Below are positions 40,238 through 49,938 of a DNA stretch of 64,000 nt, piece after piece. The notes beneath the pieces are model-generated. The model searched no databases and had not been told where the DNA came from. It saw only the letters and a program-made list of their open reading frames with translations. Every line of letters begins with the position of its first letter. The stretch's first letter is position 1. The position numbers were made by a program, and so were the translations under genes. This stretch comes from an uncultured delta proteobacterium (GTDB taxonomy: Bacteria > Desulfobacterota > Binatia > JACPRU01): positions 215,718 to 279,717 of the forward strand of contig CAVUWD010000010.1 of the NCBI GenBank assembly GCA_963745025.1, in the 5' to 3' direction.

Positions 40238-41041
40238 ATGGGTCGCGGCTATTTCACCCGCCCGCTGCCACGCCTGTTCGGCCATCGAGGTGCGGCGGGG
40301 ATCGCGCCGGAAAACACGATGGCCTCCTTCCGCCGAGCCTTCGAGGATGGCGCCGACTATTTCGAGCTCGACGTGCATGCGACGCGCGACGGGGTCGTGG
40401 TGGTGATTCACGACCCGACCCTGGAGCGGACGACCAACGGTGCGGGCGCGGTTCGTGATCTGACCTTCGCCGAGCTCGAGCGCTTCGACGCAGGGTTTCG
40501 CTTCGTGCACGGCGGGTCCTACGCGTTTCGGGGACAAGGCGTGCGGGTGCCGGCGCTCGAGGAGCTACTGGAGGAGTTTCCGGAGGTCCCTCTCAACATC
40601 GAGATCAAGCAGGCCGAGCCGCCGATCGAGCCTGCGGTCGTCTCGCTGCTCGAGCGCAAGGGCGCTCTCGACCGCGTCGTGCTCGCAGCGGAAGACGATC
40701 GGATCATAAGACGCATTCGCGCACACGCGCCGGGCGCGGCGACGAGCGCCTCGTACGGAGAGGTTCGGGATTTCTTCGACCGCTGCTTCGCCGATCGTTT
40801 CGAGGGATATGTGCCCGAGGCTCGCGCGCTGCAGATCCCGGACCGCTTCGGCGACATCGATCTCGTCAGCCCGGAGACGCTCGCCGCCGCCCGCCGTTTC
40901 GGTCTCGAGGTGCACGTCTGGACGGTGAACGAGGAGAGCGAGATCGAGCGCTTGCTCCGGCTCGGCGTCGACGGCGTGATGTCGGACTTTCCTTCGCGGC
41001 TCGTCGCGGTTGCGCGGGGGAGATCGTCGGCGAATCCCTGA
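40238..41041 (+). CDS. Glycerophosphodiester phosphodiesterase
   Basis: GHRG, PENT, ELDV, HD, NIEIK, VWTVN, GVDGVMSD. Confidence 0.92.
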   Translation: MGRGYFTRPLPRLFGHRGAAGIAPENTMASFRRAFEDGADYFELDVHATRDGVVVVIHDPTLERTTNGAGAVRDLTFAELERFDAGFRFVHGGSYAFRGQGVRVPALEELLEEFPEVPLNIEIKQAEPPIEPAVVSLLERKGALDRVVLAAEDDRIIRRIRAHAPGAATSASYGEVRDFFDRCFADRFEGYVPEARALQIPDRFGDIDLVSPETLAAARRFGLEVHVWTVNEESEIERLLRLGVDGVMSDFPSRLVAVARGRSSANP

Positions 41042-41984
41042 GCTCGGCGAGCAGCCGTCGCCAGGCGGCGCGCTCACGACTCGGCGCGAAAAGCCGCGCG
41101 ATCTTCCGGCAGTGGCGGGCGAGCCGAGAGTAGAAGGATGTGTCGCGCTCGGCGCGTCGCAGCAGGCGCGCGAGACCGGCCGTATCGCCGGGCTCGAAGT
41201 ATCCGGGATAATCGGCGCCGAGAAGGCCGATCGATCCCGGGATCCGGCTGGCGAGCACGGGCACCCCTGCAGCGGCGGATTCCGAGATCACGTTAGCCCC
41301 GCCTTCCATGCGCGACGCGAGGACGAGTAGGCGCGAACGCGCGAGGCGGGCGAGCGCCTCGCGCCGTGGCCGTTCGCCGAGCCAGCGATAGCGGGGGTTC
41401 CGCTCGTTCTCGGTGCGCGCGCGGCGCTCGAGCGCCGGCGTCATCGCCTTGCCGAGATGAACGACCCGGATGCGTGATCTCGCGGGCAAACGCCGAGCGG
41501 CCAACGCCGCGCGCATCGGATCCTTGACCGGCCGTAAGTGGCCGATCACCGCGACCTCGAAGACCTCTCGCGTGGGGCGCGGCTGGTCCGAACGGCCGGG
41601 TGCCGACTGGTAGATGACGCGCGCCTTGCTGCGCAGCGCACGCGGTAGCTCGCGGAGGCCTAGCGGCTGGAGAAGAACGACGCGGCGGGCATGCCCGAGC
41701 GCCCGTCTCGCCCGCTCGCATCGCCGGAGATCGCGGTAGAGATCGGTTCCGGTCAGTGCGACGACGATCGGCAGCTCCGGCCGAACGCGGCGAAACGCCT
41801 CGACCGACCCGGCGCTCTTCCGCGCGTGCAGTGCGATCAGCAGGTCGCAGTCGTGCTCCCCGAATCGCTCGGCGATCGTCACACGGTGACCGAGCCCGCG
41901 AAGGATCCCCGCCCAGCGAAGCGCGGTGATGCGGTTTCCGTGCCGGGTCCGCGCCGGCGCCGGGCACGCGATGAGAATCTTCAC
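40866..41984 (-). CDS. senB: Selenosugar synthase SenB (selenoneine-biosynthesis glycosyltransferase)
   Basis: GNRITALRW, IALHARKS, TGTDLYRD, GHLRPVKDP, SRMEGGANV, LLGADYPGYF; adjacent to senA. Homologous region ends near 41040, and the tail overlaps the GDPD gene. Confidence 0.85.
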   Translation of the reverse strand: MKILIACPAPARTRHGNRITALRWAGILRGLGHRVTIAERFGEHDCDLLIALHARKSAGSVEAFRRVRPELPIVVALTGTDLYRDLRRCERARRALGHARRVVLLQPLGLRELPRALRSKARVIYQSAPGRSDQPRPTREVFEVAVIGHLRPVKDPMRAALAARRLPARSRIRVVHLGKAMTPALERRARTENERNPRYRWLGERPRREALARLARSRLLVLASRMEGGANVISESAAAGVPVLASRIPGSIGLLGADYPGYFEPGDTAGLARLLRRAERDTSFYSRLARHCRKIARLFAPSRERAAWRRLLAELRDSPTISPAQPRRAAKESPTSRRRRRAGASARSRSPRSPSRRAPRDRNGGRRRASPG

Positions 41985-42169
41985 CGGCCGGTGTATTCCA
42001 CGAAAATTCCGCTATGCTAAGACACGTTCGATGGAGAGGAGGCCGCTCACGCGCCGGTGGTCGGCGATTCTCTGTACATCCGCTGCGCTCGGTTTCGTGT
42101 GGCTCGCCGGTGCGCGCGGCGCAGGCAGCGATCCCTGGAAGCGCCTCGAAGAGAGCTCATTGTGAATTG

Positions 42170-43477
42170 ATGGCCGGCACACCGAGCGACATTGCCGCGG
42201 AGCTCGTCGCCTGGCACCGCGACGCGCGGCGGCGGACGCTCGAGCTGGTCGCGGCGCTCGACGATCGACAGCTGATGGGCCCTCGCCTCCCGATCGTCAA
42301 TCCGATGCGCTGGGAGGTGGGTCACGTCGCCTGGTTCCAGGAATTCTGGGTGCTGCGTCACGCGTGCGGGGAAAGCCCCATCCGCGTCGATGCAGACTCC
42401 CTCTACGATTCGTTCAAGGTCGCGCACGACACGCGCTGGGACCTGCCGCTGCCGTCTATGCCGGACACTCTCGCATACGGCGACGCGGTCTTCGACCGCG
42501 TGCTCGCTCGCCTGGGATCACGCGAGCCGACGGCGGACGAGGCTTATTTCCACCGCCTCGCGATCTTCCACGAGGACATGCACGGCGAGGCGTTCGCCTA
42601 CACGCGGCAGACCCTGGCCTATCCACCACCGGAGCTCCGCGTCGCGCGTGGCGCGCCGGAGATGAAGACACCCGTTCCGATGGGCGACGCCGACGTGCCC
42701 GGCGGCACGTTCCTGCTCGGCGCGAGCGACGCTCTTCCCTTCGTGTTCGACAACGAAAAATGGGCGCACGCCGTCGCGCTCCGCCCGTTTCGCATCGCAC
42801 GCACGCCGGTCACCAACGCCGAGTTCGCGGAGTTCGTCGCGGTCGGGGGCTATCGAGAGCGGCGCTTCTGGTCAGAGGAAGGGTGGGCATGGAAGGAAGC
42901 CACGCGAGCCGGTGCCCCGTCCTACTGGAGAGAGACCGGAACGGGGCGATGGCAACGGCGCGCCTTCGACCACTGGGTGCCACTCGAGCTCGAGCACCCC
43001 GTGATTCACGTGAGCTGGCACGAAGCCAACGCCTACTGTCGCTGGCGGGAGCGGCGGTTGCCGAGCGAAGCGGAATGGGAGATGGCTGCGGCCCTCGATC
43101 CCGAGATTCCAAGCGGCCGCCCACGTCTCTACCCGTGGGGCGACGAGCCGCCGCGCGCGGAGCAGGCCAACCTTGACGGTAGGGCGCTCGGCCCGATCGC
43201 CGTCGGCGCGCTGCCGGCGGGTGACAGCGCCTTCGGCTGCCGGCAGCTTCTCGGCAACGTGTGGGAATGGACGGCGAGCGACTTCCTTCCGTACCCGGGC
43301 TTCGTGGCCGATCCCTACAAAGAATATTCCGCCCCCTGGTTCGGCACCCACAAAGGGTTGCGGGGCGGGTCGTGGGCGACGCCGGGACGACTCCTCCGCA
43401 ACACGTGGCGAAACTTCTATACCGCGGATCGACGAGACATCTTCGCGGGATTTCGCACCTGCGCACTGAACCGATGA
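42170..43477 (+). CDS. senA: Selenoneine synthase SenA (EgtB-like DinB + FGE-sulfatase domains)
   Basis: NPMRWEVGHVAWFQEFW, LYDS..VAHDTRW, FHEDMHGEA, FDNEKWAH, GNVWEW, YKEYSAPWFG, RNFY...RRDIFAGFRTC; next to senB. Confidence 0.85.
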   Translation: MAGTPSDIAAELVAWHRDARRRTLELVAALDDRQLMGPRLPIVNPMRWEVGHVAWFQEFWVLRHACGESPIRVDADSLYDSFKVAHDTRWDLPLPSMPDTLAYGDAVFDRVLARLGSREPTADEAYFHRLAIFHEDMHGEAFAYTRQTLAYPPPELRVARGAPEMKTPVPMGDADVPGGTFLLGASDALPFVFDNEKWAHAVALRPFRIARTPVTNAEFAEFVAVGGYRERRFWSEEGWAWKEATRAGAPSYWRETGTGRWQRRAFDHWVPLELEHPVIHVSWHEANAYCRWRERRLPSEAEWEMAAALDPEIPSGRPRLYPWGDEPPRAEQANLDGRALGPIAVGALPAGDSAFGCRQLLGNVWEWTASDFLPYPGFVADPYKEYSAPWFGTHKGLRGGSWATPGRLLRNTWRNFYTADRRDIFAGFRTCALNR

Positions 43478-43492
43478 CGGGAGGATGAACCC

Positions 43493-43921
43493 ATGGAGAT
43501 GAATCCGCTTCTCAAAGGCATGATCCGCAGCTTCAGCCGTTTGCACATGAGCCTGTCTCGATGGCTGGGAACGACGGGACCGGGGGCGTTTCGCAGTACG
43601 TTGATTCTCACGACGCGCGGCCGCAAGACCGGTCGCGAGGTGGCGACCCCGCTGCTCTACGTCGAGGAGGACGGGAAGCTCTTCATCGTCGCCTCGTTCG
43701 GTGGCAACGACACGCCGCCCGGCTGGTACCGGAACTTGACTGCCAACCCCGAGGTCAAGGTCGAATTGAAGAATGATTCGCGGAGTTATCGGGCGCGATC
43801 GCTCGGCTCCGAAGAGGCGGGCAAAGTGTGGCCGAAGCTGCTCGCGCTCTACCCGACGTATGCCAGTTATCAGAAGAAGACCACGCGGGTGATCCCCGTG
43901 GTCGAGCTGACGCCGAGCTGA
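43493..43921 (+). CDS. Deazaflavin (F420)-dependent nitroreductase family protein
   Basis: LTTRGRKTG, VASFGG...PGWYRNL.ANP, YQKKTTRVIPVVEL. Confidence 0.88.
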   Translation: MEMNPLLKGMIRSFSRLHMSLSRWLGTTGPGAFRSTLILTTRGRKTGREVATPLLYVEEDGKLFIVASFGGNDTPPGWYRNLTANPEVKVELKNDSRSYRARSLGSEEAGKVWPKLLALYPTYASYQKKTTRVIPVVELTPS

Positions 43922-43933
43922 AGAAATTCACGG

Positions 43934-43998
43934 CGGATCGGCTACCGGCTACCGGAAAGGCGTCGCTGAGTCGTTGCCGGAATCGGTAGCCCGATCCC
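43934..43998. terminator. GC-rich hairpin between convergent genes; shares the GCTACCGG motif with the 27403 repeat
   Basis: CGGATCGGCTACCGGCTACCGG ... CCGGAATCGGTAGCCCGATCC imperfect inverted repeat. Confidence 0.45.
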
Positions 43999-44001
43999 CG
44001 C

Positions 44002-45132
44002 TCAGGCGGGCGCTTCACTGGCCGAAGACTCGCCAGTCGCAGGCGGCGCGTTCTTGGGGCGACGGCGCCCGCGGCCTCCGCGCCGCCGCGGACGCTTGCC
44101 CCGCTCCGGGTCTAGCGCGTGCGTCGCCGTCGACGCGGAAGCGGGCGGCGGCTCCGTGACGGGCTCGGCAAGAAGCTCCATCGGAATCGGCCCGGGCGGC
44201 AAACTCATCAGCCGGACCATTCCCGTTGGGCTCACCTCGACGTCCTTCATCTTGCGAAGCCGGGTCACCAGCCGCGGCGAGCCCAGCGGGCGGCCGAACC
44301 CTTCGGCCTTCAGAGCATTGATCAGTAGATCCAGGTTTACGCCGCGCTCTGGCGCCTTGGTGGTCAGTCGAGCGATCGTGGCGATGATCTGCTCCGGCGT
44401 CGCACCGTGGATGTCCTTCTCGACTCCGTTCGTCGCCGCGACGGCGGGGGAGACGGAAGGCAGCGGCGGACGCGCGGCTCTCGTGGGAGCCTCCGCGTGC
44501 GGCACCGCGGCCCGACCCCAAAGAGGGGGCTGTGGCGCCCCTCCCCGGCGTCGTCGGCCGCCGCGGCGGCCGCGTCGCGGCCCGCCCTCGGCCGGCTCGG
44601 CCGGAGTGATCGCCTCGGCGAGTCCGGAGAGCGGGCCATAGGTGAGCCGGCGGAACTTCACGCCGAGATTCACCGCCGCATCGGCCACTGCATCGAACGC
44701 GCGATCGGCAGAGACGATCTCGATGCGATCACCGGGCTGGGCGCGACCGAGCCAGATGCCGGCAGCGACTGCGATCGACAGATCACTCCAGTCTTTGACG
44801 CCGGTCGCCGGCGCGGTATGCAGCAGCCGCGCACCGCGCTGGGCGAGCGTGCGTGCGACGTGCTGTCCGATCACCCGCCAGTTCCCGACGGCGACGAGCT
44901 CTGTCGGCATCGCCGTATGATCGATGCCAAGCTGATCCAGAGCGCCGAGCAGAGCAGCCTCGCTGCTCGTGTTCTCGACGTCGATGAAGATCGTGCGCCG
45001 GGGACCGCTGGCGTGAGCCTCGGTCTTCGCCTTGGCGCGCGTGCCTTTTTCGACGGCCGCGGTCTTGCGCCTCGGCGCAGGGGTCTTGGCAGTCGCAACC
45101 TTCTTGCGGGCGACCTTGGAATCCTTCTGCAT
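44002..45132 (-). CDS. NYN (PIN-like) domain protein with Arg/Pro-rich linkers and a possible LOTUS/HTH domain
   Basis: IFIDVENT, KDWSD, VSADRAFD acidic motifs. Confidence 0.65.
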   Translation of the reverse strand: MQKDSKVARKKVATAKTPAPRRKTAAVEKGTRAKAKTEAHASGPRRTIFIDVENTSSEAALLGALDQLGIDHTAMPTELVAVGNWRVIGQHVARTLAQRGARLLHTAPATGVKDWSDLSIAVAAGIWLGRAQPGDRIEIVSADRAFDAVADAAVNLGVKFRRLTYGPLSGLAEAITPAEPAEGGPRRGRRGGRRRRGGAPQPPLWGRAAVPHAEAPTRAARPPLPSVSPAVAATNGVEKDIHGATPEQIIATIARLTTKAPERGVNLDLLINALKAEGFGRPLGSPRLVTRLRKMKDVEVSPTGMVRLMSLPPGPIPMELLAEPVTEPPPASASTATHALDPERGKRPRRRGGRGRRRPKNAPPATGESSASEAPA

Positions 45133-45261
45133 GGCTCCCTATTTATGCTCGGAGCCCCTGCAAGTCCATTGCCGTCGGGCGGCACTTGGCAACGCCGGGA
45201 CTGGCGGAGAGCCGACCGCCGCGATAGGAGAGACCACTCCGTTCACTCGAACGAGGGATCC

Positions 45262-45420
45262 TTGGAGGCACGTCGCCAGCCGCTCGTCGGAATCAACGTG
45301 CCCGACTTCAGTCACCAGGCCGCGCGCCCGTGGTGCATGAGGCTGCTCGGCGACATGGGGACCAATGTCGTCAAGGTCGAGAAGCCCGGGCGCGGCGACA
45401 GCGACAGCGTCCGCTCGGCG
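45262..45420 (+). pseudogene. N-terminal remnant of a CaiB/BaiF CoA-transferase
   Basis: PLVGINVPDFSHQAARPWCMRLLGDMGTNVVKVEKPGRGD, a degenerate family III CoA-transferase N-terminus. Confidence 0.6.
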
Positions 45421-45507
45421 GAGCCGAGCCCGTGGCGGTTCATCACGTTCCCCAAAGGCTGCGGCCGTGCTCGGTCGCGACTCACCAACGAAGAGGAGAC
45501 GCAGGCC

Positions 45508-46524
45508 ATGAAATTCGGCTTCGTGGAAGACTTTCGCAACCCGCTCCCCTGGCGCCGACCGGCCCCCGATCTCTATCGAGCGATTCTCGAGCAGGTCCGG
45601 CGCGCCGAAGAGATCGGCTACGACAACGTCTGGCTCACCGAGCATCACTTCACCGCGGACGAGTACAATCCCTCGCTGCTGCCGACCGCGGCCGCAATCG
45701 CGGCGGCGACCGAGCGGATCCGCATCGGCACCTTCGTCTTGTTGCTCCCCTTCCAGCATCCGGTGCGCGTTGCCGAGGACGCGACCTGCGTCGACATCCT
45801 GTCGAACGGGCGCTTCGATCTCGGCGTCGGCCAAGGGTACTCGCGCGAAGAGTTCGAGGCGCTCTGCATGCCGCGCCAAGAGCGGTCGGCGCGGCTCGCC
45901 GAAGGTGTGCGGCTGATCCAGCGCTTGTGGAGCGAGGAGCGTGTCACCTTCGACGGGAAGTTCGTTCGGGTGAAGGACCTGAGTCTCTCGCCGCGGCCGG
46001 TGCAGCGGCCGCATCCGCCGCTGTGGATCGGCGCGCGGGCCGAGAAGGCCGTCCGGCGGGCCGCCCGCGCCGGTTGTCATCTGATGGCGACGCTCGGTCC
46101 CGACCCGGCGCCGTGGTACCTCGACGAGCTGAAAGCGGCCGGTCGTGATGCTGCCGACTTCTCGATCGCGCAGCTCCGCATGGTCTACGTGGCCGAGACC
46201 GAGGACCGCGCATGGCAGGACACCCAGGAGCACGTCCACAGCATGATGGAGTACTACGGAAGGATCCTCGCCGAGGCCGGCGACGTTGCCGGCGACGACC
46301 GCATGTGGGCGATCGACAGGCCCGAAGACATCCGCCACTCGAGGTTCGGGGCGGCCGTGATGATCGGGACCCCGGATCAGGTGGCCCGCAAGCTCGAGCG
46401 CTTCCAGCGCCAGTTTCGCTGCACGCACTTCATCATGAGCACTCAGCTTCCCGGCATGGATCCGCGAAAGGGGACGCGCTCGCTCGAGCTCTTCGCGAAG
46501 GAAGTGATGCCGGCGTTTCGCTAG
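45508..46524 (+). CDS. LLM-class flavin-dependent oxidoreductase
   Basis: VWLTEHHF, RIRIGT, DILSNGRFDLGVGQGY, PRPVQRPHPPLWIG; GAGGAG RBS. Confidence 0.92.
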   Translation: MKFGFVEDFRNPLPWRRPAPDLYRAILEQVRRAEEIGYDNVWLTEHHFTADEYNPSLLPTAAAIAAATERIRIGTFVLLLPFQHPVRVAEDATCVDILSNGRFDLGVGQGYSREEFEALCMPRQERSARLAEGVRLIQRLWSEERVTFDGKFVRVKDLSLSPRPVQRPHPPLWIGARAEKAVRRAARAGCHLMATLGPDPAPWYLDELKAAGRDAADFSIAQLRMVYVAETEDRAWQDTQEHVHSMMEYYGRILAEAGDVAGDDRMWAIDRPEDIRHSRFGAAVMIGTPDQVARKLERFQRQFRCTHFIMSTQLPGMDPRKGTRSLELFAKEVMPAFR

Positions 46525-46684
46525 CGCCTCGGGGCGACGTTCAACAGGCGTCTGAGGTCGGGATTGTTGCCGTTCATCTTCCAGACGAAGCGCAGCCGAA
46601 GGCTTCGACCAGCCACTCGATGCCACTCACCGCCCCGCTTCCAACTCCCATGCGGCCACCGCCGAGGCTATGCCGCGTGCCCGC

Positions 46685-47686
46685 TTACGACAGCTTCTTC
46701 AGCAGCTCGGTCTTCTTTGCGTCGAATTCCTCTTGGGTGAGGATCCCCTTGGTCATCAGCTCGTGGAGCTTCTCGATCGCCGCGGTGACGTCGCCTGCTG
46801 CCGCCGCTGCCGGCTTTGCGGCTTGGGTCGCCGACGCGATCCCGGAAGCCATCGTTTGACCGATTGCGACACCGGCCCCGACACCGGCGCCGATTCCCGC
46901 CGCCCCGCCTTCGTTGGCGGCGGCGATGGGGATCGACTGGGCGGTCTGGTACTGCGTGTAGCGACCCATGTCGCCGACGACGCCGATGCCGATCCGCTGG
47001 TCGAGAATCTTCTGCAGCTCCTCGGGGAGCGAGACGTTCTCGACCTGGAAGCGGTCGAGCGCCAGCCCGTACTGCTGAAACATCGGCTCGACCTTGGCCT
47101 TCAAGCGCGTCCCGAGCTCGTCCTGGTTCGCCGCCATGTCGAGAAAGGCGATCCCCGATTCGCCGAAGAGATCGGTGATCGACGAGACGATCGTGTTGCG
47201 CAGCTGTCCCTCGAGGTCGGCGACCGTGTAGATCTCCCGCGTGCCGCTGATGTGCAGATAGAACGTTTTGGGATCGGCGATCTTGTAGGAGTAGATGCCG
47301 AAGGCGCGTATGCGCACCGCACCGAATTCCTGGTCGCGGATCGTGATCGGATTCGCCGTGCCCCACTTCTGGTTCAGCTGCAGGCGCGTCGAGTAGAAAT
47401 AGACGTCCGACTTGAACGGCGACTGGAAGAGCTTGTCCCAGTTCTTGAGGTTCGTCAGCAGCGGCAGCGTCTGGGTCGTCAGCTTGTAGCGCCCCGGAGC
47501 GAACACGTCGGCGATCTTCCCCTCGTCGACGAACACGGCCATCTGCGACTCGCGCACGGTGAGCTGCGCGCCGTACTGGATCTCGAAGTCCTGCATGGGA
47601 AAGCGATAGGCGAGAACGCCATCGCCATCCTCGGTCCAATGGATGACATCGACGAACTGCTTCTTGAGAAAGTCCGTGATCGCCAT
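46685..47686 (-). CDS. SPFH/band-7 (YdjI-like) protein with a C-terminal SHOCT domain
   Basis: LTVRESQMAVF, KWGTANPI, ENVSLP; C-terminal IEKLHELMTKGILTQEEFDAKK. Confidence 0.88.
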   Translation of the reverse strand: MAITDFLKKQFVDVIHWTEDGDGVLAYRFPMQDFEIQYGAQLTVRESQMAVFVDEGKIADVFAPGRYKLTTQTLPLLTNLKNWDKLFQSPFKSDVYFYSTRLQLNQKWGTANPITIRDQEFGAVRIRAFGIYSYKIADPKTFYLHISGTREIYTVADLEGQLRNTIVSSITDLFGESGIAFLDMAANQDELGTRLKAKVEPMFQQYGLALDRFQVENVSLPEELQKILDQRIGIGVVGDMGRYTQYQTAQSIPIAAANEGGAAGIGAGVGAGVAIGQTMASGIASATQAAKPAAAAAGDVTAAIEKLHELMTKGILTQEEFDAKKTELLKKLS

Positions 47687-47976
47687 GGTACTCCTCGTGC
47701 GTCTGGCTTCCCGACGCTCGTAGCAGTAGTAGCATGCCGTCGCCGATGCCCGCCAATGCCGACCTCGAATGCCGCCATGCTCCCGACGTCGACGAGCCCG
47801 ATCTCCTGCCCTCCCGGAAGGGCGATCGCGCCCGAGAGCTGAAGCTCCGCCGCCGCCGGACGTCTGGGGAATCGGCAGACCGTCGGAGCCCGCAGAGCGC
47901 AACCACAGGCACGAGATCGTATGCTATTGGCGATCAAATATTGACATCACAATGCATATAGATTAGCAGAAAGTGT

Positions 47977-48183
47977 ATGCGCACCACCCTCGATCTGCCG
48001 GAAGACCTTATCGAGGAGGCGCGTCGCCTTCTGGGGTTCAAATCGAAGACCGACACCGTGGTACTTTCGCTGCGTGAGCTGATTCGGCGGCGGCGTCTCG
48101 AGGAGCTGAAGGAGCTCATGGGTGCGGTCCGCTTGGACGTCGATCTGCCGAAGGCGCGGCGGCGGTCACGTAGCCGATCGTGA
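47977..48183 (+). CDS. vapB: Type II TA antitoxin VapB
   Basis: MRTTLDLPEDLIEEA...KTDTV..L RHH-like fold; overlaps the PIN toxin gene. Confidence 0.88.
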   Translation: MRTTLDLPEDLIEEARRLLGFKSKTDTVVLSLRELIRRRRLEELKELMGAVRLDVDLPKARRRSRSRS

Positions 48184-48569
48184 TCGTCGTCGACACGTCG
48201 GTGTGGGTCGCCGCCCTCCGCTCCGCGTCCGGCGTCGAGTCCGAAGAGCTTCGGCGCCTTCTCGATCATGATGACGTGGCGCTCGTGGTCGTCGTGAAGC
48301 TCGAGATTTTGGCAGGAGCGCGCGCTCGCGATCGCGGGCGCCTACGCCGTCTGCTGTCGGCTCTGCCAATCTACGTCCCCGAGGCCGGGACCTGGGAACG
48401 GATCGAGTCTTGGATCGAGGACGCCGCGGCTTCAGGTGAGCGATTCGGCATCGGGGACCTCATCGTCGCAGCAATCGCGGCCGATCATGGTGCACCGGTC
48501 TGGTCGTTGGACAGCGACTTCACCCGAATGGCGCGTCTCGGTTTGATTGATCTCCATCGGTCGGGGTGA
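48180..48569 (+). CDS. vapC: Type II TA PIN-domain toxin VapC
   Basis: VVDTSVW, EIL.G, DLIVAAIA, WSLDSDF. Confidence 0.9.
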   Translation: MIVVDTSVWVAALRSASGVESEELRRLLDHDDVALVVVVKLEILAGARARDRGRLRRLLSALPIYVPEAGTWERIESWIEDAAASGERFGIGDLIVAAIAADHGAPVWSLDSDFTRMARLGLIDLHRSG

Positions 48570-48605
48570 ACGCGGGCTCGCGACGTGAAAGACTAGCCTA
48601 CGCGC

Positions 48606-49463
48606 ATGCTGACGACGCTCGACCATCTGGTGATCGCCGTTCGCGATCTGGCCGCTGCGACCGATGTCTACACTCGCCTTCTTGGCCTCCGACCTTCGTG
48701 GCGGGGCTCGCATCCGACGTACGGAACGGCGAACACGCTCTTTCGCCTCGAGAACCTCTACGTCGAGCTGCTTGCTCCGCAGCGCCCGGGGCCCATCTCG
48801 GATCGGCTCGTCGATTGGCTCGGTGACCACGGTGAAGGCCTCTTCGCGCTTGCCTTCGGAGCCTCGGATGCAGAGGCGTGCGCCTGTGAGCTGCGCGCCC
48901 GCGGTGTCGACGCGACCGATCCGATCGACGGAGCCGGCCGCGAGGAGCGCACCGGCGCTGAGCGTCGTTGGCGAAACGTCCTGCTTCCCGAGGCGCAAAC
49001 GCTCGGCGTGACGATCTTCGCGATCGAGCATCGCTCACCCCCCGCGTGCCTCCCCCTGGCCGAGCCGGTCGAGGAGCCGGTCAGCGCGATTGCGGGCTGC
49101 GATCACGTCGTGATCAACACGCGAAGCCCGGATCGTGCTCGCTCCTTCTACGGCGGCGCGCTCGGTCTTCGCCTCGCGCTCGACCGGAGCTTCCCCGATT
49201 GGGGTGTGCGACTGCTTTTCTTTCGCATCGGGGGTATCACGGTGGAGATCGTCGCGCCCCTCGGAGCGAGCGATCTCGAGGGAGAGGATCGCCTGTGGGG
49301 GATCTCGTACCGGGTGCCGGACGTGGAGGCGATCCACGCGCGGCTGGCTCGGCAGGGCTTCGACGTGTCCGATGTCCGTCCCGGCCGCAAGCCCGCGACC
49401 CGCGTATGCACCGTGCGCGGCGAGCCCTGCGGGGTCGCCACGCTGCTCATCGCCCGCGACTGA
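48606..49463 (+). CDS. VOC/glyoxalase-family protein (two domains)
   Basis: LDHLVIAVRDL, CDHVVI, YVELL. Confidence 0.85.
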   Translation: MLTTLDHLVIAVRDLAAATDVYTRLLGLRPSWRGSHPTYGTANTLFRLENLYVELLAPQRPGPISDRLVDWLGDHGEGLFALAFGASDAEACACELRARGVDATDPIDGAGREERTGAERRWRNVLLPEAQTLGVTIFAIEHRSPPACLPLAEPVEEPVSAIAGCDHVVINTRSPDRARSFYGGALGLRLALDRSFPDWGVRLLFFRIGGITVEIVAPLGASDLEGEDRLWGISYRVPDVEAIHARLARQGFDVSDVRPGRKPATRVCTVRGEPCGVATLLIARD

Positions 49464-49479
49464 GCAGAAAGGACCATCA

Positions 49480-49935
49480 ATGACCCTCATCTTCAAGCGC
49501 GTACTGGTGACGACCGATTTCTCGGAATCGGGCGACGCCGCGATCCCGTACGCATTCCGGATCGCGGCCGACCACGGGGCGGAGGTCGTTCTCTGCCACG
49601 TCATTGAGACTCCGCCGACCCCGAATCCGCTCTACGCGCACTATTCTTCGACGGAACTCTTCCGCCCCGAGGCGCGGCTCCAGGCCGAGCAGAAGGCGCA
49701 TGAGGCGCTGCGGGCGCGGGTCCCGAAAGACGCCACGCCCGCTACGGTCCCCTATCGCACGCGAGTCGTGGACGGAGACCCAGTCGCTCGAATCCTCGAG
49801 GTGGCGCGCGAAGAAGAGACAGAGTTGCTCGTCATCGCCACGCACGGCCGTACGGGCCTCAAGCACTTCTTTCTCGGCAGCGTCGTCGAGCGGGTGATCC
49901 GCCAGGCGCACTGCCCGGTGCTCGTGATCCGCTGA
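49480..49935 (+). CDS. Universal stress protein (UspA)
   Basis: KRVLVTTDFS...ATHGRTGLKHFFLGSVVERVIRQAHCPVL. Confidence 0.92.
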   Translation: MTLIFKRVLVTTDFSESGDAAIPYAFRIAADHGAEVVLCHVIETPPTPNPLYAHYSSTELFRPEARLQAEQKAHEALRARVPKDATPATVPYRTRVVDGDPVARILEVAREEETELLVIATHGRTGLKHFFLGSVVERVIRQAHCPVLVIR

Positions 49936-49938
49936 AGG

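Noticed and set aside
40866-41041. 176-bp convergent overlap of senB and the GDPD gene as a functional feature
   Set aside because: SenB similarity ends near 41040 and the extension is low-complexity antisense read-through. It may reflect a lost stop codon or an error.
42030-42165. Small signal-peptide-like ORF between senB and senA
   Set aside because: About 44 aa, no clear RBS and no recognisable family. It may be a gene stump but cannot be supported.
47941-47980. sigma70 promoter and operator for vapBC
   Set aside because: TTGACA is present and the region is AT-rich, but there is no convincing -10 at 16-18 bp spacing and the GCATA/TATGC inverted repeat is short.
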